Shown here: in pieces, positions 52,752-62,106 of the stretch
Numbering within the stretch: the stretch's first letter is position 1
Layout of the letters: each line of letters starts with the position of its first letter
Source: a bacterium BMS3Abin02
Lineage (GTDB): Bacteria; Actinomycetota; Acidimicrobiia; Spongiisociales; UBA4744
Reading direction: 5' to 3'
Assembly (NCBI GenBank): GCA_002897675.1
Contig: BDSU01000045.1
Span: 23,282 to 87,281 of the forward strand
Length of the DNA: 64,000 nucleotides
Made by a program: the position numbers and the translations under genes
The notes under the pieces: generated by a model
What the model was told of the DNA's origin: nothing
Databases searched by the model: none
What the model saw: only the letters and a program-made list of their open reading frames with translations

Positions 52752-53317
52752 CGTCTGTCTCCCACGTAGTGCTGCAAGAACCCGGCCAGTCCTACGACGT
52801 CGTCGAGGTCGAATTGGGGTACCGGCAGGTCCCAGGGTTGGTCGGTGACGAGGGCGAGCATCTCGGTGACGTCGCATAGGAGTTCGTCACTGCGCTCGGA
52901 CCGATGCACTTCGATCTTTGGGTATGTCCCTCGCTTGTAGCCTTCGGTCAGGACGAGGTCCATGCCGGCGAAGTTCTGGGCGATCACCGCATCGAGGTCA
53001 CCTGATCCGTTTTCCCGGCGGAATACTGCAACTTGAACGGGGCTCGCACCAACGACCACGTCGGCGCCTGCCTCGGCGAGCCGGTAGGTGTCCTTGCCGG
53101 GGACGTCGAACGACGACAGGTGGCTGTGATGTTTCAGGACGCCCACGGCGAGGCCGTGTCCCTTCAGTTCGGGCAGGAGCTTCTCCAGGAGAGTGGTCTT
53201 GCCGGTCCCGGACTTGGCGACGATCGAGACGACCGGCGGCTTGAAAGTGCGAAAGGGACCATTTGTGGCATGGCCACGTTGTGGGGTCACCACGGTGCGT
53301 TCAGGCGTCGTTGGCAT
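52748..53317 (-). CDS. mobB: molybdopterin-guanine dinucleotide biosynthesis adaptor protein
   Basis: P-loop VSIVAKSGTGKTTLLEKLL, VLKHHSH, TYPKIEVHR are characteristic of MobB. Confidence 0.8.
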   Translation of the reverse strand: MPTTPERTVVTPQRGHATNGPFRTFKPPVVSIVAKSGTGKTTLLEKLLPELKGHGLAVGVLKHHSHLSSFDVPGKDTYRLAEAGADVVVGASPVQVAVFRRENGSGDLDAVIAQNFAGMDLVLTEGYKRGTYPKIEVHRSERSDELLCDVTEMLALVTDQPWDLPVPQFDLDDVVGLAGFLQHYVGDRR

Positions 53318-53377
53318 GGACCAGAGATCCCCCTCTCGAGATCATCGTCACGATGGTACACGTGAAGAAAGGGTGGA

Positions 53378-53505
53378 GAAGACGGGGTCTCGGGGGTTGT
53401 CACGCACCGAGGTAGGACATCTCGGCTATTGGCAGGTCGCCGGTCGCTCCTGTGCAAAGTTCCGAGTGGCGGTTGCTGCGGCCTTGCGGACACTGCGATG
53501 AAGTC
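53378..53505 (-). pseudogene. degenerate 128-bp duplicate of the 3' end of moaA (last ~35 codons + stop + 3' flank)
   Basis: Nucleotide-level similarity (~85%) to 56598..56725. Translation ...HSELCTGATGDLPIAEMSYLGA* versus the MoaA C-terminus ...YSELRTVATGDLPRAEMSYLGG*. Confidence 0.6.
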
Positions 53506-53718
53506 TGCAGTGCCATCGGGCGCAACTGGTCGAGGGTTGAGGAGCCCGAGAGCGATCGGGGCGAGTGCTACGGCGATACGGTCTCGTATTCATCCTGCGT
53601 CATGATGTGAGACACGTGATCACCCGAGCAAAACGAGCTTGTGGCCAACCTGCACAGCCGTCGATCTACGCATCGGCACCATTCGGCAGGCCCTTGCCGA
53701 TCAAGGAGATTGCCTGTC

Positions 53719-55221
53719 TCATGCTCTCTTCGGTTTGGCGATACGCTGGAAGACCGTGGCGGTCACCGCGGCGAGTACGACGAGCCAGGCCAGGCCGAGC
53801 AGAAGTGCGCCGAGCTGGTCGAAGGTGGTGGTGAATGCCGCGTCGACGATGACTTGGGAGGCACCCCGGCCGGGGAGTACGAGGCCCCAACTCGGAGGGG
53901 CTGCCGAGAACATGATGTTCTGAGCCATTCCGACATCGATGAACGGCACCAAGAACATCACATAGAGTCCGCCGAGGCGTCCAAACAAGACACCGACGAG
54001 AACACCGATCATGCCGTAGGTGATGGCGATCAACCCGCTCCCCACTGCGAACCAGCCCCAATCCTTGGGAGTGAAGTCGAGAGCTGTGACACCGAGCGCC
54101 ACTGCCGTGGCCAGCAACGCTGCAACCACGATCGTGCCGAGCCTGGAGGAAAGGATCTCGCGGGGGCGAAATCCTGCGATGGCGAGGCGAGAATCGGCCT
54201 CGAGCGATCCCTGGACGACGAACAGGCCTGAGAGCCCGGCGAGAAACGCGAGGGTGATTGGCACCATGATGGCGCCGTGAACGTCGGCCAAGGAAAGGGT
54301 CTTCACCACTTTGATGCCGTTTTCGGTGAGCTCGACCGGTGTCGGGTCACCCGGCGTGACGTAGAAGCTGAGTGAGATGAACAGGACCGGGAGCACGATC
54401 AGCAGCACCCACATGGCGACGTTGCGGCGATAGTCGCGTTGACCGAAGCGAAACCCTGCTCGGAGACGGTTCCAGCTCGCCCGTACAGGGCCCGCTGCAC
54501 GCCTGATTCCTCGTGTCGAAGTGGCAGCGATGAACACCGCCGCGGCGACACCGAGAGCACCAAAGGTCCATAAGAGGGCCCAACCGAGGTTACCGATGGA
54601 GCCCGAATGTCCCGAGGGGGTATCGAGCATCACCAGCGTGATGAAGTGCGACGGGAACAGCCGGGTGATCCAGATGTCGCTGTCGGACATTGCGGGGCCG
54701 AGGAACACGTCGAACATCCAGATGAAGATCACGATCAGCGATCCGTTGATATCGCTGCGAACCAGGGAACCGATGGCGACGCCGATTCCCAGATAGAGGA
54801 TGGAGAACATGACCACTCCGGCGATGGTTCGACCCGGGTTGGTGAGACCGGTCCTCAACGCGAGCGCGGCTATCGACGCTCCTGCGGCGAGCAGAGCGAG
54901 GGCGAGCCCGGAGGCAAGCCGGCCTGCCACGATGCGGCGGGCGCCCATCCCGGCGGCGGCGAGACGACGGTCCGCGTCGCGAGAGCCGAGCACATGGAAG
55001 AACCCGGCCACTCCGGCAATGAATGCCGCAGCCCATCCTGCGGTAGGTGCGACGAGGTTGCTGGGATCTCCGGCGAAACCCAGGGCCTCGGCGAAATCGG
55101 CGATGGTTCCCGCAGTGAGAATGACGAAGATGAGGGGCACGAGTACGAGCAGGACCAGGTTGATGGGGCGGCGGGCGTATTCCGCGAGGTATCGTCCTGT
55201 GAGTCGTGTTGTGACCGTCAT
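53719..55221 (-). CDS. ABC-2 family transporter permease (large, ~12 TM)
   Basis: 500 aa, entirely hydrophobic helices; ATGA-type overlap with the upstream ATPase gene. Confidence 0.6.
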   Translation of the reverse strand: MTVTTRLTGRYLAEYARRPINLVLLVLVPLIFVILTAGTIADFAEALGFAGDPSNLVAPTAGWAAAFIAGVAGFFHVLGSRDADRRLAAAGMGARRIVAGRLASGLALALLAAGASIAALALRTGLTNPGRTIAGVVMFSILYLGIGVAIGSLVRSDINGSLIVIFIWMFDVFLGPAMSDSDIWITRLFPSHFITLVMLDTPSGHSGSIGNLGWALLWTFGALGVAAAVFIAATSTRGIRRAAGPVRASWNRLRAGFRFGQRDYRRNVAMWVLLIVLPVLFISLSFYVTPGDPTPVELTENGIKVVKTLSLADVHGAIMVPITLAFLAGLSGLFVVQGSLEADSRLAIAGFRPREILSSRLGTIVVAALLATAVALGVTALDFTPKDWGWFAVGSGLIAITYGMIGVLVGVLFGRLGGLYVMFLVPFIDVGMAQNIMFSAAPPSWGLVLPGRGASQVIVDAAFTTTFDQLGALLLGLAWLVVLAAVTATVFQRIAKPKRA

Positions 55222-55916
55222 TGAACCGTCTTCCCGTCACTCAGATGCACGATGCGGTCGAAGCGGTCCTCGTCTGCAACGAAATGGCTGATGATGAGTA
55301 CCGCCCGACCGGCGTCGCGACGTTCACCCGTCAGCTCCCAGAACCGCACGTAGGTGTCCCAGTCGAAGCCCGAGTACGGCTCGTCGAGCAGCAGGACGTC
55401 GGGATCGTGCAGCAGTGCCAAACCGAGATTGAGCTTGGCCTTCGTCCCGCCGGACAGTTCCTCGACCCGCATGTCGTGGTAGTCGGCGAAACTGAAGACG
55501 TCGTAGATGTCTTCACGATTCCTCTTGATCGTGCCACGATCGAGGCCGTATGCCTCGCCGAAGAGCTCGAAGTGTTCGTCAGGGTTGAGTCGCTCATACA
55601 GAAGCGGCTCCTGTGGGCAGTACCCGAAACTCCCGCGGATGTTCACACGCCCACCGTCGCCGTCCAGCGCGCCGACGACGATCTTCATCAGCGTCGACTT
55701 GCCGGATCCGTTCTCACCGACCAGTCCCACGACCTCGCCGGCCCTGACGGTGAGGTTCGCATCGGTGAGGACCTGGTTCTCGGTCCGGCGCCAGCGGCGC
55801 CGGTAGGCCTTGGAGATGTGCTCGGCTTTCAACAGGACACTTGGTTCCATGGGTATGGTTGGTGCGCCGCCGGCACCGGATCGTGGGTCGGTCTGTTGCT
55901 CGGTTTGCCGGGTCAT
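55218..55916 (-). CDS. ABC transporter ATP-binding protein
   Basis: GENGSGKSTLMKIVVG, LSGGTKAKLNLGLALL, VLLLDEPYSGFD. Confidence 0.85.
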   Translation of the reverse strand: MTRQTEQQTDPRSGAGGAPTIPMEPSVLLKAEHISKAYRRRWRRTENQVLTDANLTVRAGEVVGLVGENGSGKSTLMKIVVGALDGDGGRVNIRGSFGYCPQEPLLYERLNPDEHFELFGEAYGLDRGTIKRNREDIYDVFSFADYHDMRVEELSGGTKAKLNLGLALLHDPDVLLLDEPYSGFDWDTYVRFWELTGERRDAGRAVLIISHFVADEDRFDRIVHLSDGKTVQ

Positions 55917-56289
55917 GTGTTCGCTTCCTTACCGGTCTAGTGGGTCACCTTGCTTGGTGGCGTGGAATCTGAGGCCGTCTACCATCACTCTTCTCCTGGT
56001 GGTCGAGGGTCTCCATCGTGGAGCCAGAACCTGCAATAACACGAAGGTACACCTTCCGGTCGAATGGAATGTCAACAACATTTCTGGCTCATGTGACCGG
56101 TCCTTGGGTGACCGAGTGGCGATTCGCGATTGCATTCCCCTTCCCTATCCTGCGCCTCGGGCTTGTGAAGGTCGAGGGCGACGGGAGGAGAAGCGCGTGC
56201 GGTCGGCAATGTCATGGGCTGGGCTGTTGGGACCGGTGAAGGCTGTCGTCGAGGGCGTTGCGGGAAGCACTGCCCGGGTTACGACCAGG

Positions 56290-56500
56290 GCGAGGTCCGT
56301 CGACTCGCCAAGGTCCGCAAAGAAACGTTCGCCACACCGCCCACATCCGCACCTGCAACGCCGTGGACCAACGGGATGATCGAACGGTTCTGTCGAGTGG
56401 TCGAGTGCGAGCGCTCGAACCGCAGCGAGATCGCAGACCGTCTCGCCCTCGCCGCCGAAGCAGGGAACCGCCGGCCGATCCACAACTCCATCAGACCCCG
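56290..56500 (+). mobile_element. decayed C-terminal fragment of a DDE (rve-type) IS transposase/integrase
   Basis: Translation ...TPWTNGMIERFCRVVECE...AGNRRPIHNSIRPRETIAMP parallels the conserved integrase-core C-terminus (P-Q-T-N-G-K-V-E-R-F ... Y-N-x-x-R-P-H-x-x-L-G-x-x-T-P). No intact N-terminus, start codon or inverted repeats were found. Confidence 0.5.
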
Positions 56501-56615
56501 CGAGACCATCGCAATGCCCCAACCCCTCGAACGCTGCAGACAGACCCCACGGCCAAACCCTCCGGACCGCGAATCTGTCTCGAATCCTCGACACCGGACG
56601 GAGTCTCGGGGGTTG

Positions 56616-57611
56616 TCACCCTCCGAGGTATGACATCTCGGCTCTTGGCAGGTCGCCGGTTGCCACTGTGCGAAGTTCCGAGTAGCGGTCGCTGCGGTCT
56701 CTCCAGACACTTGCGATGAAGTCCGCGACGTCACCCCCGGTGCGCAGCAGTTTGCGGAGATCGCGACCTCTGTTCGAGAAGAGGCATGTGAAGAGCTTCC
56801 CGTCCGCCGAGAGGCGGAGCCGGGTGCAGTCGCCGCAGAAGGGCCGGGTCACCGACGCGATGACCCCGACCTCGCCGGCACCGTCCTTGTAGCGGTAGCG
56901 TCGAGCGACCTCACCGCGGTAGGCGGGGTTGATCGGTTCGAGGGGGAACTCGGCGGCGATCATCGCGAGGATCTCGGAGGCGGGGACGACCTCGTTGAGG
57001 CGCCAGCCGTTCGTGGTCCCGACGTCGAGGTACTCGATGAATCGCACGATGTGTCCCGTGTGACGGAACTGGCGGGCCATGTCGACGACGGTCTGATCGT
57101 TGACGCCTCTGCGGACCACCGCATTGACCTTGAGCGGAGTGAGGCCGGCAGCGGAGGCCGCCTCGATTCCCTCGAGTACCCGGTCGACAGGGAAGTCCAC
57201 GTCGTTCATGTGTCGGAACACGTCGTCGTCGACGGAATCGAGGCTCACCGAGACCCGGTCGAGGCCGGCGGCGGCGAGCGTCTCGGCATTGTGCGCGAGC
57301 AGCGATCCGTTCGTTGTCAGCGTGAGTTCGATGTCGCCGATGGCGGCTACGCGGGCGACGAGGTCTGGGAAGTCGCGTCGGAGCAGCGGTTCGCCGCCGG
57401 TGAAGCGGATCTTGCGGATACCGAGACCGTACGCGGCCGAGGCCACCTGCTCGATCTCCTCGAAGGTCAAGAGTTGGTCACGCGGGAGAAACTCCCACTC
57501 CCGGCCGAACACTTCTTTCGGCATGCAGTAGACGCACCGGAAGTTGCACCGGTCTGTCACCGAGATGCGCAGATCCCTCAGGGGTCGGCCATGTGTATCG
57601 AGAGTGGCCAT
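56616..57611 (-). CDS. moaA: GTP 3',8-cyclase (molybdenum cofactor biosynthesis protein A, radical SAM)
   Basis: LRISVTDRCNFRCVYCMP radical-SAM cluster motif, C-terminal second cluster CxxC...C, ends ...MSYLGG. Coordinates follow the ORF-track frame with start at Met-55 (MATLDTHG); my hand count of the sequence lines was off by 1 nt near this start. Confidence 0.9.
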   Translation of the reverse strand: MATLDTHGRPLRDLRISVTDRCNFRCVYCMPKEVFGREWEFLPRDQLLTFEEIEQVASAAYGLGIRKIRFTGGEPLLRRDFPDLVARVAAIGDIELTLTTNGSLLAHNAETLAAAGLDRVSVSLDSVDDDVFRHMNDVDFPVDRVLEGIEAASAAGLTPLKVNAVVRRGVNDQTVVDMARQFRHTGHIVRFIEYLDVGTTNGWRLNEVVPASEILAMIAAEFPLEPINPAYRGEVARRYRYKDGAGEVGVIASVTRPFCGDCTRLRLSADGKLFTCLFSNRGRDLRKLLRTGGDVADFIASVWRDRSDRYSELRTVATGDLPRAEMSYLGG

Positions 57612-57742
57612 GTGCTCAGGCAATCTACACAGGTTTGAGCCCTGCTCCCGTGTGGGGATGCCGAGGCAATCGGGATGTTCCCGCTGCTCGACACGCCCGG
57701 AGGGCGGGCGACATGGGGCATACGTCCCGAAGACAGAGTCCC

Positions 57743-58060
57743 CTAGCCGGCTTCGAGTACCTCGTCGATCCATCCGAGGGCGGCGACCGCGGCCGGGAAC
57801 CCGACCGTTGTGATCGCGCCGAGCGCAACCTGGCGAATCTCCTGCGGGGATGATCCGGCCTGGAGGGATTTGCGGACATTGGAACGGACGGCACCTTCGG
57901 CAAGAGCTCCGATGGCGATCCCGAGTTTGACGAGTCGTGCGGCGCGGGCGTCGAGGGGGCCGGCGGCGTCGACGGCGCCGGCAAGGCGATCCAGTGCGTC
58001 ACTCACCTCGGGGTATGCCTGGCGGAAATCGAGATGCGCGCGCGGCAGATAATCGGACAT
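57743..58060 (-). CDS. carboxymuconolactone decarboxylase (AhpD-like) family protein
   Basis: 105 aa, all-helical, ...ARLVKLGIAIGALAEGAVRSNV...GSSPQEIRQVALGAITTVGFPAAV typical of the CMD/AhpD fold. Confidence 0.65.
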   Translation of the reverse strand: MSDYLPRAHLDFRQAYPEVSDALDRLAGAVDAAGPLDARAARLVKLGIAIGALAEGAVRSNVRKSLQAGSSPQEIRQVALGAITTVGFPAAVAALGWIDEVLEAG

Positions 58061-58189
58061 GTTCCTCCTTCTCGCAGCAGCTTACCGGAAGCGCAGCGAG
58101 CGTCTCAGGACGATTCGGTCGTTCTCCTCGGAAGGGGGAGCGTATCCGTCTCGTTAGGATGGAAGGGATCGCCGCAAGGACTTCGTGAC

Positions 58190-58690
58190 GTGGGACCGAC
58201 CGACATCGGGTTGTTGATTCTCAGGGTCGTCGCCGGCGCCGTCATGGTCGCGCACGGTGTCAATCATGGCCGCAACCTCGACGGGACCGCCTCGTGGTTT
58301 GCATCGATCGGGTTCCGGCGGGAACGCCTGCAGGCGGTGCTGTCCTCGATGGGCGAAGTGTCCATCGGCGTCGGTCTCGTCTTTGGGTTCTTGACGTCCT
58401 TCGCCGGTGCGGCGCTCATCGCAACGATGCTGGTGGCGTTCGTCTCGAACCACCGTTCCGCAGGATTCTTCGTGTTCAACCGTCCCGTCGAGGGATGGGA
58501 GTACCTGATGATCCTGGCCACGATCGGCGCCGTGGTCGCTGTCGCCGGACCGGGTGCGTTCTCCGTTGACGGGGCGATCGGACTCGATCTCACCGGATCG
58601 ACCGGCGGGGTCGTCGCCCTTGCCGGTGTTCTCGTAGGCGCGCTGCAATTGGCGGCGTTCTGGCGGCGGCCGTCCCTATCGGACCGATGA
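58190..58690 (+). CDS. DoxX-family membrane protein
   Basis: LLILRVVAGAVMVAHGVNH...EVSIGVGLVFGFLT... is the DoxX signature. GTG start at 58190 preferred over the upstream ATG, which would overlap the divergent gene. Confidence 0.55.
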   Translation: MGPTDIGLLILRVVAGAVMVAHGVNHGRNLDGTASWFASIGFRRERLQAVLSSMGEVSIGVGLVFGFLTSFAGAALIATMLVAFVSNHRSAGFFVFNRPVEGWEYLMILATIGAVVAVAGPGAFSVDGAIGLDLTGSTGGVVALAGVLVGALQLAAFWRRPSLSDR

Positions 58691-58892
58691 GGAATCCACG
58701 TTGACTGCCGTTCTCTCGCACCGGGACGGCAAGAGCCATGAACCGTTCGACGGTTCTTCGCCATGCGGGCGACGAGCGATGCAGCGAGCAGATCGGCCGA
58801 ACGACGAAGACGATGTGGTTCTCCTTCGCGTACAGAACGGGGTTGGAGCGTTAAATCCGTGAACGTGATACTCGAGGCCCGGCTCGCTCACC

Positions 58893-59951
58893 TCATCGCA
58901 GCGCTCCTGCCGGATAGAAGCGACGGCGCGCCCACAGTGCGACGTACACGAGGCCGATGAGGGCGGGGACTTCGATCAGAGGGCCGACGACACCGGCGAG
59001 GGCCTCACCTGAGGAGATGCCGAAGATGCCGATGGTGACGGCTATGGCCAGTTCGAAGTTGTTCCCGGCGGCCGTGAACGAGAGCGTTACGTTCTTCGGG
59101 TAGGAGAGTCGCAGACGCAGGCCGAGCGCGAACGAGACACCCCACATGATAGCGAAGTACGCGACCAGTGGCAGGGCGATGCGGGCGACGTCGAAGGGCT
59201 GTGAGGTGATCGCCTCACCTTGAAGGGCGAACAACAGCACGACGGTGAACAGCAGACCCCAGAGGGCGATCGGCCCGACCCTCGGCAAGAACGTTTCCTC
59301 GTACCATTCGACGCCCTTGAATCGCTCACCCCACAGCCGGGTCAGCCACCCTGCAAGCAGTGGGATGCCGAGGAAGATGAGCACCGACTTGGCGATCGCC
59401 CACATCGAGATCGAGACCGTGTGTGTTTCCAGGCCGAGCCACCCCGGGAGCACCACGAGATAGAAATACCCGAGGATCGCGTACGCGACGATCTGAAAGA
59501 GTGAGTTGAGCGCTACGAGGACCGCAGCGGCCTCACGGTGCCCGTCGGCGAGGTCGTTCCAGATGAGCACCATCGCGATACACCGAGCCAGGCCAACGAG
59601 GATGAGTCCGGTGCGATAGGCGGGGAGGTCAGGGAGCAGGAGCCAAGCGAGGGTGAACATGAGTGCGGGACCGACTATCCAGTTGAGCAGCAGAGAGGCG
59701 ATCATGAGGGTGTGGTCGGTGGCGACCTCACCGATGCGTGAGTACCGCACCTTGGCGAGCACCGGGTACATCATCGCCAGCAGGCCGAGAGCGATGGGCA
59801 GCGAGACGGTGTCGATCTTGACCGCATCGAGCCAATTGTTCAGGTTGGGGATCGACCGTCCGAGAAGCAGGCCGGCTGCCATGGCGAGCCCGATCCAGAC
59901 CGGCAGGAATCGGTCGAGAAGCGAAAGGCGTTCGACGATCGACTCCTCCAT
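58893..59951 (-). CDS. acr3: arsenite efflux permease, ACR3 family
   Basis: LSLLDRFLPVWIGLAMAAGLLLG...MMYPVLAKVRY...NWIVGPALMF and 10 TM helices are diagnostic of ACR3. Start at MEESIVERL; an upstream Met at 59984 is possible. Confidence 0.9.
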   Translation of the reverse strand: MEESIVERLSLLDRFLPVWIGLAMAAGLLLGRSIPNLNNWLDAVKIDTVSLPIALGLLAMMYPVLAKVRYSRIGEVATDHTLMIASLLLNWIVGPALMFTLAWLLLPDLPAYRTGLILVGLARCIAMVLIWNDLADGHREAAAVLVALNSLFQIVAYAILGYFYLVVLPGWLGLETHTVSISMWAIAKSVLIFLGIPLLAGWLTRLWGERFKGVEWYEETFLPRVGPIALWGLLFTVVLLFALQGEAITSQPFDVARIALPLVAYFAIMWGVSFALGLRLRLSYPKNVTLSFTAAGNNFELAIAVTIGIFGISSGEALAGVVGPLIEVPALIGLVYVALWARRRFYPAGALR

Positions 59952-60060
59952 CGCCCCGCTTCGGGTATGTGGTGACGGCGTCATTCCTCCCACACCCGGA
60001 ACTGATTCATGAGAGACGCGGTCTTGGGTGCTTTGCCGTCGTGGGTTGGGATGCCAACGA

Positions 60061-60375
60061 TCATCGTGCGGTCTCCAACAGCCCGTATTCCGCGGGGATC
60101 GCCCTACGCAGTTTGTCCCAGGCGCCGGAGGCGATCGAGTAGTCGACCCATCGGCCACGCTTGTCGCCGACGATGAGTCCGGCTTCCCTGAGGACCTTCA
60201 AGTGATAGGAGAGGAGGTTCGGGGCGATCGCGACGGTGTCGCCGATCTCGCAAACGCACTTCGGCGTGTCCGAGAGGAGGTCGAGGATGGCCAGCCGGGT
60301 CGGGTCGGCGAGTGCTCTGAACAGTTCGGCGCTCTGTTCAAAACGTGTTGTAGCAAGATCCATTGAAACGTTCAT
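60061..60375 (-). CDS. arsR: ArsR/SmtB-family metalloregulator
   Basis: ALADPTRLAILDLLSDTPKCVCEIGDTVAIAPNLLSYHLKVLREAGLI has the CVC metal-binding site in the first helix of the HTH. Confidence 0.85.
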   Translation of the reverse strand: MNVSMDLATTRFEQSAELFRALADPTRLAILDLLSDTPKCVCEIGDTVAIAPNLLSYHLKVLREAGLIVGDKRGRWVDYSIASGAWDKLRRAIPAEYGLLETAR

Positions 60376-60594
60376 GTCCGAACTGTACCAAGCGGGACAA
60401 GGGAGGCAAACCGGATGGTGAGGAATCGTCATGGCCCGTCTCGTCGTCACCGCGAGTGGTCGCCATCGGGTACGGACGCGACGATGCCGATCGGTGGTTA
60501 CCGATCGGCATCGTGTGGCGAGGAGGATTCGCCGGTGGGGTGTAGCCGGACGTCGTCGGGCCGGATCACCCCAATCGTCGGGCGCTTTGCGGGA

Positions 60595-60822
60595 TCAGTG
60601 TCCTGCGAGCAGGTCGCTGCGCCTCGCTTCGAGCTCGAGTGCGTCGATCTCCCCGCGGGCGAATCTGGCCTCGAGGATGTCGAGGGCCCGGTCACGAGAA
60701 CTCCTCACGTTCTCCGGCCTCGAGCCTGCACTCCGAGCGACCCAGACGATTCCCCAGAGGATCGCTCCCCAGAACAAGACCATCCAAAGACCTCCGAACC
60801 ATCCTCCAAATGACCACATCAT
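60595..60822 (-). CDS. SHOCT-domain small membrane protein
   Basis: Two TM helices then SHOCT (ALDILEARFARGEIDALELEARRSDLL). Confidence 0.5.
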   Translation of the reverse strand: MMWSFGGWFGGLWMVLFWGAILWGIVWVARSAGSRPENVRSSRDRALDILEARFARGEIDALELEARRSDLLAGH

Positions 60823-60972
60823 GATGTTCTCCTTGCTCTCGATACGATCAGTACATCAGAGGAAGATGAACGGTCTACGCACGCCCGTGTAAAGCTTCTG
60901 CAACGGTCGACAGCATCTTGCAACAGGTTTGCAATAAGCTGCTGTTCGGGAGACGCCAACAGGAGAAGGGTC

Positions 60973-61746
60973 GTGCCGGAACTCATTGCCACCATTCACA
61001 CGGTTTCTCCCGTCGGCGTGGCTCTTCTCGTTTCGGCCTTCTTCCTCGGATTGCGGCATGGCATCGACTGGGACCACATCGCCGCCATCACGGATATCAC
61101 GAGCACACAGGACACGATGCGGTCCTCGCTGTGGTTCTCGACGCTCTACGCCGTCGGGCACGCGTCGGTCGTACTGGCCATCGGTGCCGCCTTGATCGTG
61201 GCCGACTTCGAAATGCCGGCAGGTCTGGAGTCGCTCATGGGCAGGGTCGTCGGGGCCACGCTCGTCGTCTTGGGAGTCTGGGTCCTCGTAGCACTGGTCC
61301 GTCACGGGGACCGTTTCCGGATGCGGAGTCGTTGGATGCTCCTGTTCTCCGCCGTGCGTTCCGGAATCCGGCGCCTTCGAGGACATCGGAGCGGGCCCGA
61401 GGCATCCGGTCAGGATCCGTTTGCCACCTATGGAGCCAAGACGTCGTTGGGTGTCGGCATGCTCCATGGGGTGGGAGCCGAGACACCCACCCAGGTGGTG
61501 ATCTTTCTCGGTGCGACAGGTGTCGGTGGGAAAGGTCTCGGGATGGGCGTACTGGTGGTCTTCGTCGTGGGACTGATTGCGGCCAACACGCTGATCGCCG
61601 TCGGCGCCTCGGTCGGCTTTCTCAGCACCACGCGCTCTCTCTGGGCGTACCGGCTGACCGGCGGCATCATTGCACTCTTCAGCCTGGTCCTCGGCACGGT
61701 ATTCCTCTTGGGTGACGCTTCGCTGCTGCCGGCCCTCGTGAGCTAG
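60973..61746 (+). CDS. NicO/RcnA-like metal (Ni/Co) transporter family membrane protein
   Basis: TM protein with LGLRHGIDWDHIAAI (H-x4-D-H metal motif) and a His-rich cytoplasmic loop (RHGDRFRMR...RGHRSG). Confidence 0.5.
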   Translation: MPELIATIHTVSPVGVALLVSAFFLGLRHGIDWDHIAAITDITSTQDTMRSSLWFSTLYAVGHASVVLAIGAALIVADFEMPAGLESLMGRVVGATLVVLGVWVLVALVRHGDRFRMRSRWMLLFSAVRSGIRRLRGHRSGPEASGQDPFATYGAKTSLGVGMLHGVGAETPTQVVIFLGATGVGGKGLGMGVLVVFVVGLIAANTLIAVGASVGFLSTTRSLWAYRLTGGIIALFSLVLGTVFLLGDASLLPALVS

Positions 61747-62106
61747 TGGTACGTCGCACGAATGATTACCGCATCTCTCCGGTCCTCTGCGCCCCTGGCT
61801 GCGTCCTCCGCCTCGACGCACCGCACAGGGTGCGCCTTCGTTGTGCGTCCTTGCCAGATGACGCAGAGTCCTCGGAGATACGCGGGCACTGATTGGGCGA
61901 CACACCACTAGTGCCTCGACCGGCAACCTTTGCGGTGTTCTGCCGACCGGCGACGCCGAGCAGCCCCCCTTTCGCCCGTTCTTGCGTGAGCTGGTTGCCC
62001 ATGGCGCGGGCGGCCTCACGCAAGAAGAGCGACACCGGTGCGACAACAGGATGGCCGACGTGTCGGACATCTCACACCGTTCGCTCGTCGACGGTCCGGG
62101 GGAATG

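Noticed and set aside
56616-57773. Full 385-aa track ORF as moaA
   Set aside because: The first 54 residues are Arg/Pro-rich and precede the canonical MoaA N-terminus (MATLDTHGRPLRDLRISVTDRCNFRC), so the internal Met was used. Exact start coordinate is ±1 nt uncertain from manual indexing.
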